NCBI GenBank assembly: GCA_964016885.1
Contig: OZ024745.1
Location: 12,586,001 to 12,650,000 of the forward strand
Source: Eledone cirrhosa
Taxonomy: Eukaryota
DNA: 64,000 bases
Direction: 5' to 3'
Within the stretch, counting starts at the first letter, position 1. Every line of letters begins with the position of its first letter. Shown here in pieces: positions 25,955 to 38,329 of this stretch. Made by a program: the position numbers and the translations under genes. The notes beneath the pieces are model-generated. The model was not told where the DNA came from, ran no database searches, and saw only the letters and a list, made by a program, of their open reading frames with translations.

Positions 25955-26492
25955 TGTAATGACAGCAGTTCTCACTCAATATTGTAATGACAGCAGTTCT
26001 CACTCAATGCTGTAATGACAACAGTTCTCACTCAATGTTGTAATGACAGCAGTTCTCACTTAATGCTGTAATGACAGCAGTTCTCACTCAATATTGTAAT
26101 GACAGCAGTTCTCACTCAATGCTGTAATGACAACAGTTCTCACTCAATATTGTAATGACAGCAGTTCTCACTTAATACTGTAATGACAACAGTTCTCACT
26201 CAATGTTGTAATGACAGCAGTTCTCACTTAATGCTGTAATGACAGCAGTTCTCACTCAATATTGTAATGACAGCAGTTCTCACTCAATATTGTAATGACA
26301 GCAGTTCTCACTCAATGCTGTAATGACAACAGTGCTCACTCAATGTTGTAATGACAGCAGTTCTCACTCAATGCTGTAATGACAGCAGTTCTCACTCAAT
26401 GTTGTAATGACAGCAGTTCTCACTCAATATTGTAATGACAGCAGTTCTCACTCAATGTTGTAATGACAGTAGTTCTCACTCAATGTTGTAAT
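25955..26492 (+). repeat. 28-bp minisatellite, about 19 copies
   Basis: GTAATGACAGCAGTTCTCACTCAAT(G/A)(C/T)T. Confidence 0.95.
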
Positions 26493-27426
26493 GTGGCACC
26501 TCTACGAGTCCACAGGGAGCTACAGAGCAATAATACATGTAAGAGTTTCACGGTATCTCTGATATTCCCACGGTCAACAAAAGTTGACATTCCTGGCCTA
26601 CAAAAAGCAACAAGGTTCTTGCTTACCCTGAATCTAACTCCAGTACCCGCATGTGCGAACCACGCGTTGTGGAATGGTTTCTCTAGGGTGTCTCCCTCAC
26701 CATCCCCCGGTGCAATGTTTTCTCTACCCTGTCTACCAGACCACGAGGCCGACTTAAACATTATTTTATATTATACAATCTCCCCATTGCCATAGGTGAG
26801 GTCACCCTAGCTCCATATTTTCATGCTGTGTAACTGAGGCTCCCCTGTCCCATAATGTGCCACCCTCGCTTCAAAGTACCATACCTTCTTACACTATCTC
26901 CCCATTACCATAGGGGTGTTGCCCTAGCTCCATATTTCCATTCTGTGTCACTGAGGCTCCCAACACTATGTCACAACAGTGTGGCACCCTAGCTCCACAG
27001 TGTCATAGTGCGGCACCCTAGCTCCACAGTGCCATAGTGCGGCATCCTAGCTTCAAAGTGCCATATTTTACCACCCTATGTTCCCAGTGCCATACTGTCC
27101 CTAAACAGGTTGTTAAGGTGATGACGATGCTGTTGATGGTGATGATGATGTTGATGGTGATGATGATGATTATGATGATGAGATTGACGAAGATGATGAC
27201 AATTATTTACTCACCAGTTCATTCTCTTTTGGAGACACATACACTGACAGAGACATAGGTTTTTACACCAGCCCCTTCCTTCTTTTTACACTCATACATT
27301 CACACATACACACACTTACACTCATACATTCGCACACACACGTGCACACACTTACACACATATTTACACACACACACACACATTTAGACACATTTACACA
27401 CACAGACACACTTACACACACACGGA

Positions 27427-29456
27427 CTAACCCAGAGACAGACACAGGGACTGACACAGGGACAGACACAGGGACAGACACAGGGACAGACAGAGGGACA
27501 GACACAGGGACAGACACAGAGACTGACACAGGGACAGACACAGGGACAGACACAGGGACAGACACAGGGACTGACACAGGGACAGACACAGGGACTGACA
27601 CAGGGACAGACACAGGGACTGACACAGGGACTGACACAGGGACAGACACAGGGACTGACACAGGGACAGACACAGCGACAGACACAGGGACTGACACAGA
27701 GTCTGACACAGGGACAGACGCAGGGACAGACACAGGGTCTGACACAGGGACTGACACAGGGACAGACACAGGGACAGACACAGGGTCTGAAACAGGGACA
27801 GACACAGGGACTGACACAGGGACAGACACAGGGACAGACACAGGGACTGACACAGGGACAGACACAGGGACAGCCACAGGGACAGACACAGGGACTGACA
27901 CAGGGACAGACACAGGGACAGACACAGGGACAGCCACAGGGACAGACACAGGGTCTGACACAGGGACAGACACAGGGACTGACACAGGGACTGACACAGG
28001 GACAGACACAGCGACAGACACAGGGACTGACACTGGGACAGACACAGGGACAGACACAGGGACTGACACAGGGACAGACACAGCGACAGACACAGGGACT
28101 GACACAGGGTCTGACACAGGGTTAGAAACAGGGACAGACACAGGGACTGACACAGGGACAGACACAGGGACTGACACAGGGACAGACACAGGGAACAGAC
28201 ATAGGGACTGACACAGGGACTGACACAGGGTCTGACACAGACACAGACACAGGGACTGACACAGGGACAGACACAGGGACTGACACAGGAACTGACACAG
28301 GGAGAGACACAGGTACTGACACAGGGTCTGACACAGGGACAGACACAGGGAGAGACACAGGGACTGACACAGGGTCTGACACAGGGACAGACACAGGGAC
28401 AGACACAGGGACAGACACAGGGACAGACACAGGGACAGACACAGGGACAGACACAGGGACAGACACAGGGACTGACACAGGGACTGACACAGGGAGAGAC
28501 ACAGGGACTGACACAGGGTCTGACACAGGGACAGACACAGGGAGAGACACAGGGACAGACACAGGGTCTGACACAGGGACAGACACAGGGACAGACACAG
28601 GGACAGACACAGGGTCTGACACAGGGACAGACACAGGGACTGACACAGGGTCTGACACAGGGACAGACACAGGGAGAGACACAGGGACTGACACAGGGTC
28701 TGACACAGGGACAGCCACAGGGACAGACACAGGGACAGACACAGAGACAGACACAGGGACAGACACAGGGACTGACACAGGGACAGACACAGGGACTGAC
28801 ACAGGGTCTGACACAGGGACAGACACAGGGACAGACAGAGGGACAGACACAGGGTCTGACACAGGGACAGACACAGGGACTGACACAGGGACAGACACAG
28901 GGACTGACACAGGGACAGACACAGGGACTGACACAGGGTCTGACACAGGGACAGACACAGGGAGAGACACAGGGACTGACACAGGTAGAGACGCAGGGAC
29001 AGACAGAGGGACAGACACAGGGACAGACACAGGGTCTGACACAGGGAGAGTCACAGGGACAAACACAGGGACTGACACAGGGACTGACACAGGGACTGAC
29101 ACAGGGAACAGACATAGGGACTGACACAGGGACAGACACAGGGACAGACACAGGGTCTGACACAGGGACTGACACAGGGACAGACACAGGGACAGACACA
29201 GGGACAGACACAGGGTCTGACACAGGGACTGACACAGGGAAAGACACAGGGACAGACACAGGGACAGACACAGGGACTGACACAGGGACAGACACAGGGA
29301 CTGACACAGGGACAGACACAGGGACTGACACAGGGACTGACACAGGGACAGACACAGGGACAGACACAGGGATAGACACAGGGACTGACACAGGGACAGA
29401 CACAGGGACTGACACAGGGTCAGACACCCGGTCGATTCCACTTTTATTTATATAGA
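27427..29456 (-). repeat. 12-bp satellite (GACACAGGGAC[A/T])n, about 2 kb, probably expanded inside a non-autonomous Helitron
   Basis: The minus strand begins A|TCTATATAAATAAAAGTG (Helitron-like 5' TC end), enters the CTGTGTC repeats and ends ..GGGTTAG|T. Accounts for the TDTG, SVPV and CVCP ORFs. Confidence 0.85.
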
Positions 29457-29559
29457 TTGAAAAATAAACTTGTCCCTGACCTACTTTAATGTCCCTGACA
29501 TACTTTAATAGATCTTACGCAAAAAAGACTCTAAACTTATTTGAATGTCTTTGAGAGCA

Positions 29560-30115
29560 TTATTATGCCATTAATTTGAAGCAAAGTTTTAACATCAATT
29601 ACTGCCATAGTATTTGAAGCGAGGCTACAAATGATGTCAATCGGTATAATTGGACAATTCTTTACGTCAAAAATGAAACAGTTTTCTTAGTGAAACTAAA
29701 GTTCTTGCTCGAAATATTGGAAACTCAAATGTATTTTCTAACAAGAGATAAAAGAAGATGGAACACGTGATAGAGAAGTGTATTCTACCAGCGAAGATTT
29801 AATGTACCAGTATTGGACGCCATATTGTCATTTCAAATGTTTCAAGGTGATTCAATGCTGCAATGTTTGGAGTCATTTGGAAATATTCCGAAATAGGAAT
29901 TGATCAGATTCACCTCAATGTTAATCAATTGTGTGAAATATATAATATCGATATATCAATTGATATGAAAGATGAAATATTTTATTTTAAATCGATACAC
30001 GAATCAAATATTTTACCAACCTCAATTCCACCAATTGAATTATTAAATAAACTTACTGAGCTGTATCTTACTATTCCCAAATGTAATTCCAGCACTTGGA
30101 ATATTCTTTACTGTC
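29560..30115 (+). pseudogene. Probable decayed hAT transposase C-terminal (dimerisation) region
   Basis: LCEIYNIDISIDMKDEIFYFKSIH..PIELLNKLTEL..(frameshift)PNVIPALGIFFTV resembles hAT C-termini. Confidence 0.5.
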
Positions 30116-30484
30116 TAGAATTTACAGTTAAACAGACTGAAAGATATTGTAGTGCTTTAGCAGAATGGCCCGGCGTTGCTCGGGATTTGCTCTAGGGTTC
30201 TTATATATTTGATATATATTTATCCTTCTCGAGTCTCGTGAAGTAAATACGTTTGTTTATATTTTGTTATTGTCTATGCAAAAATATCTGTACACGAATA
30301 TATAAATAACAGTACAGAGAAGTACGGAATACCTCGGCCTCGGATTGGTGTCTACATTTTGTGCTTATAAAAAAAATTCGTCGTAGATTACCAGGGTTTT
30401 TTCCCGTTCGAAGAAAATCAATACTTTATCGCGAAATAAATACTTTTGTTTATGTGTATGCAAAAATATCTGTAAACGAATATG

Positions 30485-30540
<56 letters not shown>

Positions 30541-30582
30541 TATAAATATATGTTATTTTAATATATATATATATATATATAT

Positions 30583-31836
30583 ATTATGAAGAGAGAAGAA
30601 ACATTTAGATATAATTAGTAATAAAATGTATCATACCTAAACTGCTCCTAGATTCCTCGACTACGTAGTTTCGTGGCATAAACAAAAACAATACATCATA
30701 AAGATATAGAGTCCTTGCGAGGTCTGCCGACTTATCAAGAGGATACCTCATTTTACTAGTCTCAAGAACGCGTCTACACGACGTGAGAAAGAATCCCAAA
30801 AGGTGGAGGGGGAGATAGTCACGCGATATAACGGTCGAGAAACAGAGCTAAGCCTCTTATAACCCCGAAGAAAATACCACGGAGGCGGAGGGGGTATTTA
30901 TATCGAAGCCGTAGAAGAGGTGGTGAAGGGGGCGAGAAGTATGAGTAATGGAAGCTTTCCAGCAGTCCCCACACTTCAAAGATTGCTCGACCAGAGGGAG
31001 TTATTAACAATATATTTAGAAACACACAGATACATGCGGACACACACATATACATGAATGCATCCGCACCCAACCGTGAGTTAAGGGTGCCAACTTCACC
31101 GATGTTGCTCAATGAATGACTGGGACAGACCAATCCGGTTGAACTAGACTGAACCAGTATCAGAGTTAAAAATACATTATGAAGAGAGAAGAAACATTTA
31201 GATATAATTAGTATGTGTGTGTCCGCATGTATCTGTGTGTTTCTAAATATATTGTTAATAACTCCCTCTGGTCGAGCAATCTTTGAAGTGTGGGGACTGC
31301 TGGAAAGCTTCCATTACTCATACTTCTCGTCTCCTTCACCACCTCTTCTACGGCTTCGATATAAATACCCCCTCCGCCTCCGTGGTATTTTCTTCGGGGT
31401 TATAAGAGGCTTAGCTCTGTTTCTCGACCGTTATATCGCGGGACTATCTCCCCCTCCACCTTTTGGGATTCTTTCTCACGTCGTGTAGACGCGTTCTTGA
31501 GACTAGTAAAATGAGGTATCCTCTTGATAAGTCGGCAGACCTCGCAAGGACTCTATATCTTTATGATGTATTGTTTTTGTTTATGCCACGAAACTACGTA
31601 GTCGAGGAATCTAGGAGCAGTTTAGGTATGATACATTTTATTACTAATTATATCTAAATGTTTCTTCTCTCTTCATAATGTATTTTTAACTCTGATACTG
31701 GTTCAGTCTAGTTCAACCGGATTGGTCTGTCCCAGTCATTCATTGAGCAACATCGGTGAAGTTGGCACCCTTAACTCACGGTTGGGTGCGGATGCATTCA
31801 TGTATATGTGTGTGTCCGCATGTATCTGTGTGTTTC

Positions 31837-31845
<9 letters not shown>
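30583..31845. mobile_element. Retrozyme-like element: two inverted, differently permuted, terminally redundant copies of a 593-nt monomer in (TA)n
   Basis: Left arm: ATTATGAAGAGAGAAGAAACATTTAGATATAATTAGTA at 30583 and again at 31176. Right arm: TATGTGTGTGTCCGCATGTATCTGTGTGTTTCTAAATATAT at 31212 and again at 31805. Both periods are 593 nt and the arms are reverse complements. Confidence 0.88.
31519..31608 (+). ncRNA. Type I hammerhead ribozyme, U3-A8 core variant, family 2 (inverted copy 30654-30743)
   Basis: TCCTC-TTGATAA-GT(C)GGCA-loop-TGCCAC-GAAA-CTACGTAG-TC-GAGGA. GUC site ends at 31603. Confidence 0.85.
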
Positions 31846-31906
<61 letters not shown>

Positions 31907-31908
31907 TA

Positions 31909-31984
31909 ACAGATTAAAGTTTAAGCAAAGAATCGCTGCTTTCACCCTTAACGGGATCTTCTGAAACTAAAGTAGTAAATCTGT
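31909..31984 (-). ncRNA. Hammerhead-like motif, A4 core variant (second copy 63693-63780)
   Basis: ACAGATT..AGTTT-CAGAAGA-T-CCC-GTTAA-GGG-T-GAAA-GCA-loop-TGC-TT-AAACT..AATCTGT. Confidence 0.62.
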
Positions 31985-32087
31985 GAACGCAGAAGTAAAT
32001 ATTTCGAAAAACGTTACACACTATATATATATATACACACGCTATATATACATACAGACACACACACGCACACACGCACACACACAC

Positions 32088-32245
<158 letters not shown>

Positions 32246-32356
32246 ACTCACTCACTCACTCTCTCACTCACTCACTCACACACACACACAGCGTCATAAT
32301 GACGTAGTGCAGACAGCCAGTCATATAGACAACTATTATAAGGGCGCAACGTAATA

Positions 32357-32582
32357 TCTATCTAAAAAGAGAAAGACTAAGAGAGAGAGAAAGAGATCGC
32401 TAAATCGCCTCGTGCGGTCCCTAGGGCATTGAAAATTTGAAAAAGATTTTGCTCAGAACACGCAACAGGACCATAAGTAGTACATGTGTAAAATTTGAAT
32501 ACAATCGGTTGGGTGGTTCTCGAGTTTTAGGGATTGTACAGACAGACAGACAAACAGACATTCTCTGTTTTAGTAATATAGA
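32357..32582 (-). mobile_element. Non-autonomous Helitron-like 5' end with (CTGT)n
   Basis: Minus strand A|TCTATATTACTAAAACAGAGAATGTCTGTTTGTCTGTCTG..AACCGATTGTATTCAAATTTT. Confidence 0.55.
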
Positions 32583-33033
32583 TTAAAAGATGTCATGAGA
32601 GCCACGATGTCCCAACCAATCTGGCGATCATAACGGTCGAATCATCTGTTGCAGGTCAGCTTCATTATCTCCCTGAAATGAATGTCTTTGTTAAAAAGTA
32701 TTGAGAAAATTTAACATTTGAAATGTAGTCGTCCCAATGGAAGTGACCAGAAGAATAGTCAATCACTATAAATGCTATTTGATAAAACGTTTCCTAAATT
32801 AAACGTTTTGTTTATAGTTGTAGTTACAGGCTTAAAATCTTAAAACAAGACAGAATTGCTGACCAAACTGGTTCGTTGACAGTTTATAACTCAATTTTGA
32901 AAAGACATAAAACAAAGTTCAAATAGAAAATAACAAATTCCCTGAAAAAGAAACAACATATTTGCCTGAAGTGTTGACGGTCTATTACAGCAGACTATAC
33001 ATGTGGTTAAATACACGACTACCCATTTACAGC

Positions 33034-33139
<106 letters not shown>

Positions 33140-34236
33140 CGTGTATGTGTGTGTTATATACCCAATTTTCTTGAACTGTATTATAATTATTATATTTTAT
33201 AATATCCAGTGCATTACTAATAAAGTACCAGTGCATTACTAATAAAGTGCATTACTAATAAAGTACCAGTAATGCACTGGGTAATTGCTGGCCTTGTGCC
33301 TAAAGTAGAAACAATTATATTTTATAATATCCTTTGCAAAAAGCACGCCCTTTATATATATATATATTTAACGAAGGGTAAAAGTGAGAAGTAGAGAAAG
33401 TAAAAGGAAGTATTTGTTAGATGAGAAAACACGGTTATTAGATGAAATAACAAGAATAATAAGAATAAATGATTTGGTTTATATATGGTTTACTTCACGT
33501 GAATCAATTAAGAAGTACAATAAAACAGTTACCAAAAGTTGAGAAGTTTGACGTTGTCGTCGTGAGTCTGAGACCATAGTGAGTGAGAAAGAGTAATGGT
33601 TTGTATATGGTTGTAGACCACTGTGGCTTGTAGATAGCGGAATATCTTTCACATAGCGGGTCTGTAGTAGTAGGGCTCTGATCTCTCTGTATCTCTGTAG
33701 ACCACTGGGGTCTGTTGATAGTGGTGAATCTTTACATAGCTTGTTCTGTAGAGTAATAACATACGTTTAAATAGCTTGACAAATCGAACATTGTGGTAGG
33801 CGAAACTAACACAATATATACCAAAGTAACGATAGAACTAATCAGGTTGAGAAAAGTACACCTGGACAAATCAAACGAATATATATATATACCTGTATAG
33901 TATCCGTAAAAATATTTAATTACATAATTCCTTGATTACAATATATGTGAAGACGCTTGAATCTGCACGTGTTCCTTTTTCTGTCAGTGTCACTGTCAAC
34001 CTTGACTTTTATCTGTGTCCTTGTATTACTGTGTATATATCTAAAAATAGTTATTTCAAAGAATCCTTGTTCTTTAAAATCCTTTGGCCAATGACCTCCC
34101 CTCATCCCCCAAATCACCACCTTCCCCTCCCACCAGAGAACATACAACAGTTTTACAAGTAGAGTCAGCTTTACAGATGATTTCTTTTGAATGAAACAGG
34201 TTTAATCCTGTAAAAGCCTATTAAACATTATATATA

Positions 34237-35700
34237 CAGGCTGTCCATAATTTACAATTTACAATTTTAAAAAATTATTACAAAAGCAAATGAAAATAAA
34301 ATATGTGAAAATTGTTATAAAATGAGGAGAAAGTTTTTTATAACTAATTTAATTGTTTCTACTTTTGGCACAAGGCCAGCAATTAACCCAGTGTATTACT
34401 GGTACTTTATTTTATCGACCCCGAAAGGATGAAAGGCAAAGTTAACCTCGGCGGGATTTGAACTCAGAATGGCAAGGACCGTAACTCTATGCGTCAAAGC
34501 ATGGCGTCCGACCCTCTACTGGTACTGCCAATTTTATAACTAATTTAATACACCTCTTTATGGGCAGCATTAGTTGCACGAAGCACATCAAGATGGTACT
34601 AGATTTCTTGCCATGTTTACTGTAGCATGGCCTCATCAATGGAGGCAATAGCACCAGTGATCTTTTGCTTTAGATCAGTGATGTCTCATATCTTTGATAC
34701 ACGATATCTTTTACATAACTCCATAGAAAGAAGTCCAGCGGTGTGATATCTGGTGAACGAGGTGGCCAAGGAATTGGGCCATCCCTTCCAATCCACCGGT
34801 CTGTAAATGTTTGATTTAGGAACCCACGAACGTACAGTCCCCAATGTGGTGGTGCAGCATCTTGCTGGCAAATGATGGTTGGTTGAAGGTCATCTAGTTG
34901 TGCCACATATTCAGTCAAAAGGTCAAGGTAAACATTTGCAGTAATTGATGTCTCTTGACGAAATAGGGACCAACTTTTCGATTGCACATAATCCCAGACC
35001 ACACATTCACCTTTGGACTCGGTGAAGTTCCCTAGTCACGTGGAGGTGTTCTGATCCCCAGATTCTCACATTGTGTGTGTTCAGTTTTCCTGAAACATGA
35101 AAGCTTGCCTCATCACTAAAACATCTTCAGAAATTCGTTCCAGCCTGTCAACTGCAAACTCTTTTCGTCTTGGTTTATCATTTGGCTCGAGTGCCTGTAA
35201 GGGTTGCACTTTGTAAGTATCGCAAGGTGTAGGAGTTTTTGTATTGTTGAACGTGGCATCTGTAACTGTCTGGCAGCAGTACGGATGGATTTTGTAGGAG
35301 AACGCTGAAAGGCTTGTCTTACACGATAGATATTTTCCTCAGATGTTCTTGGTCGTCAACTCCTCTCTTTATCTGGCACTGTCCCTGTCTCATTAAATTT
35401 CTTGTGCCATACACGAATTGACAGACGTGGCGGTGGATCTCTTCCATACTTAGTTCTGTAGTTTCGCTGAGTCTGCGTATCCGATTTTGTTTCAATAAAC
35501 CATGGCACTCATTGTGCCTTTTCTTGAGGAGTAGCCATTTTTTAGGGGTTCATTTAACAGAATACCAGACATACACAAATGCAGTTTGATTAAAAACATT
35601 GATAACTACTGAGAACATAGAACAAATCTGATTAAGATATCTCATCAATTGCCTTTGTAATATATTTTTTAAATTGTAAAGAGACTTTATGGACACCCTG
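34237..35700 (-). mobile_element. Tc1/mariner DD41D (rosa-like) transposon, decayed, full-length
   Basis: TIRs TA|CAGGCTGTCCATAA...TTATGGACACCCTG|TA. N-terminus MATPQEKAQ*VPWFIETKS..QRNYRTKYGRDPP; FSDEASFHVSG; QQDAAPPH..WPPRSPDITPLD with 41 residues between the second and third Asp. Confidence 0.92.
34351..34531 (-). mobile_element. SINE family A inserted into the DD41D element, with target-site duplication
   Basis: Flanked on both sides by TTTTATAACTAATTTAAT. Confidence 0.88.
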
Positions 35701-38329
35701 TATCTATATATTATATGTATTGTAAAAAAAAACGGTTGTGAGAAAACGGGGGAGAAGAGAGAGGGGTGTATTGAAAGGAAGAGAGACATGATGTAGGGAC
35801 GTTACTACTTCAATAAGTATTTTCACATTATATATCTCCGCCACTGCTTATCTCCCTTGAACTCATCAGCCAACATGTCTTAAAGGTCGTTATATATAAA
35901 CAATATATTCAACATATACAATCTATTAACGAATTAAAACCACTTAAACTATATTTTAGATATATATTTTAATCAATATATTAACATATTAAACTATCAG
36001 TAGGTTAATATCAATTATTCTGTTCTCAAGGCTGATATATTTTGACTTACACCAGTGATAATCACAAAGGAGGAAAGGTTTGAACGATGGCAGGTAGAAA
36101 ATGTTCTTCTATTTTACCACATAATCTATTTTATTGTATTTTATATTATTTTGTTTTCGTTATAAGAGATATTTTAAAACCATTAAATGGATTAAAGTGT
36201 TTAGTAATACATTGGTCGTCTGTTGTAATCGTCACATAAATATGTATGTTTATGTATATATGGATGGTTGTATGTAGCCGTGTATATATATATATGTGTT
36301 TGTATGTAGGTATGTGTATGTATACATGTATGTGTGTGTATCTATGTATGTGTTTGTATGTAGGTGTATGTATATATACGTATGTATATGTATGTATATA
36401 TGTGTGTATGTATGTGTATATATGTATGCGTATGTATGTATGTGTATATATGTATGTATGTGTATATATGTATGTGTGTATGCATGTACGTGTATGTATG
36501 TATGTGTATATATGTATGTATGTGTATATATATGTATGTGTGTATGTATGTATTGGTATGAAGTAAGTATGGTCCCTTAATTTCTGATGGAGTCGTACGG
36601 TGAGTCTTAACACTTTAAACCTGATGGAGTCCATTTCCTCTCCAGTTCTAAACACAGTCGATTTCTGGGAAGGATAGAGAGAGTGAGAGAGATAGAGAGA
36701 GTAAGAATTGACCCCAGTACTAAACTTTTTAGTACATTTTTATCGCTCCCGAATGGATGAAAGGCAAAGTTAACCTCAGCGAGATTTGAACTCAGAGAGA
36801 AGAGAGTTGAAACAAATACGACAAGGTAGCCGACGTTCTAACAACTCCACCAATTCCCACCTTCAGATATAATAAATTGAAACAAGAAAAAATTTCAACA
36901 GCCAAAAAGTTTAAACCTCAATCTAACGAGAACATCCTTCCCTTCTCATGGTATATCTGATTATGTGATCTAAGGACTCTTCTGTGTGTTACACTGACTG
37001 GCTGGGGCCATGCTGGGGCACTGCCATTAATATGTTTATGTTAAAAGAAAAAATGTTCAAGTGTAATTTTAGTGAAGTTTGGTTGTTATTTCTAGCAGGT
37101 TGGGTCAACTCCTTCGTTGACGCCTGAAGAAAAAAAAGTAAAATGTAGATGTGGCTCAGCCCCATGTTGGTTTTTATCAAAGGTCGTCTAACAATGTCTC
37201 CGACTACAATATCCAATATGGCTGTTCTTTCTTTTTAAATAGATATTAAGTATATCAATGAAATACATAAATGATTAAATTTCTATTTAATCATTTTTTT
37301 AGCTTTATTTTTTAAGAAAGGATGTAATTTGATGTAGATTTGACTGCTATTTCTAATAGGTCGGGCTCCCTTGTGGTTTAAAACAATTAATTGTTTCTAC
37401 TTTTGGCACAAGGCCAGCAATTACCTAGTACATTACTGGTACTTTATTTTATCGACCTCGTAAGGATGAAAGGCAAAAAACAATTAATGAAAGTAAAATA
37501 GCTGTGAAATGGCTGGACCAACTCGAGTGAGGAGACGACATTTGTCTGGTGCAGCTCCAGTGCGGAGACGACATTTATCTGGTGCAGCTCCAGTGAGGAG
37601 ACGACATTTGTCTGGTGCAGTTCAGGAAGTGAACGAAAATATCAACCCGAGAAAAACGTCACAGAAAAAAGCGATACTTTGTGTGGCTAGAAAACAAAAT
37701 GGTTTACCCCAGTATTTAAGTTTTTCTGTAATTTTTCTATCGTATATCTGTCTGTGTGTATCAATGTTATTGTTTTAAAATATACACTGATATATATTGT
37801 GCGGGTTGCTAACATCTCGTACAGACCTCTATGCGTAGAGTAGAAGCTCATCAGACCAGTGCTTATCTTGGTTTCATTGGCGTTAGGTAACTGAGAGTTA
37901 AAGATATCCTCCTGGTCAGGACACCAATCCATCGCAGGCTTAACCTCCAAGCTACTGCTGTTACTCATTTTCAGCTGAGTGGACTGAAGCTATATGAAAT
38001 GAAGTGAAAACTCCAGTGTAAATATATTTACACGAAGGTTTCAACTGAGTTGCTTCCCTTGCATAAGCTGCACAGTTTGTGGTTTTTAACGTATCTATTG
38101 ATATGTGAGACACAAGCCATTTACAATTGTTGATACGGTTACTGTTGGCAATTTATTGTGTATTGTCAACTGATTGTCATGGAATTTCTCTACATAGCAG
38201 TATGGTGACTAATAGGAAAAGTTCAATACCTAAAATCTGAGTTGCTATGGATAAAACCAGTGGTACAGTGGCCAAGATCGGATTACTTGGTATATTTACT
38301 GGGATCAGAAGCATGATGATCGAGATCAG

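Noticed and set aside
27263-29441. Long TDTG, SVPV and Cys-rich ORFs resembling mucin, antifreeze or metallothionein proteins
   Set aside because: The 12-bp satellite is open in several frames on both strands and contains frameshifting indels.
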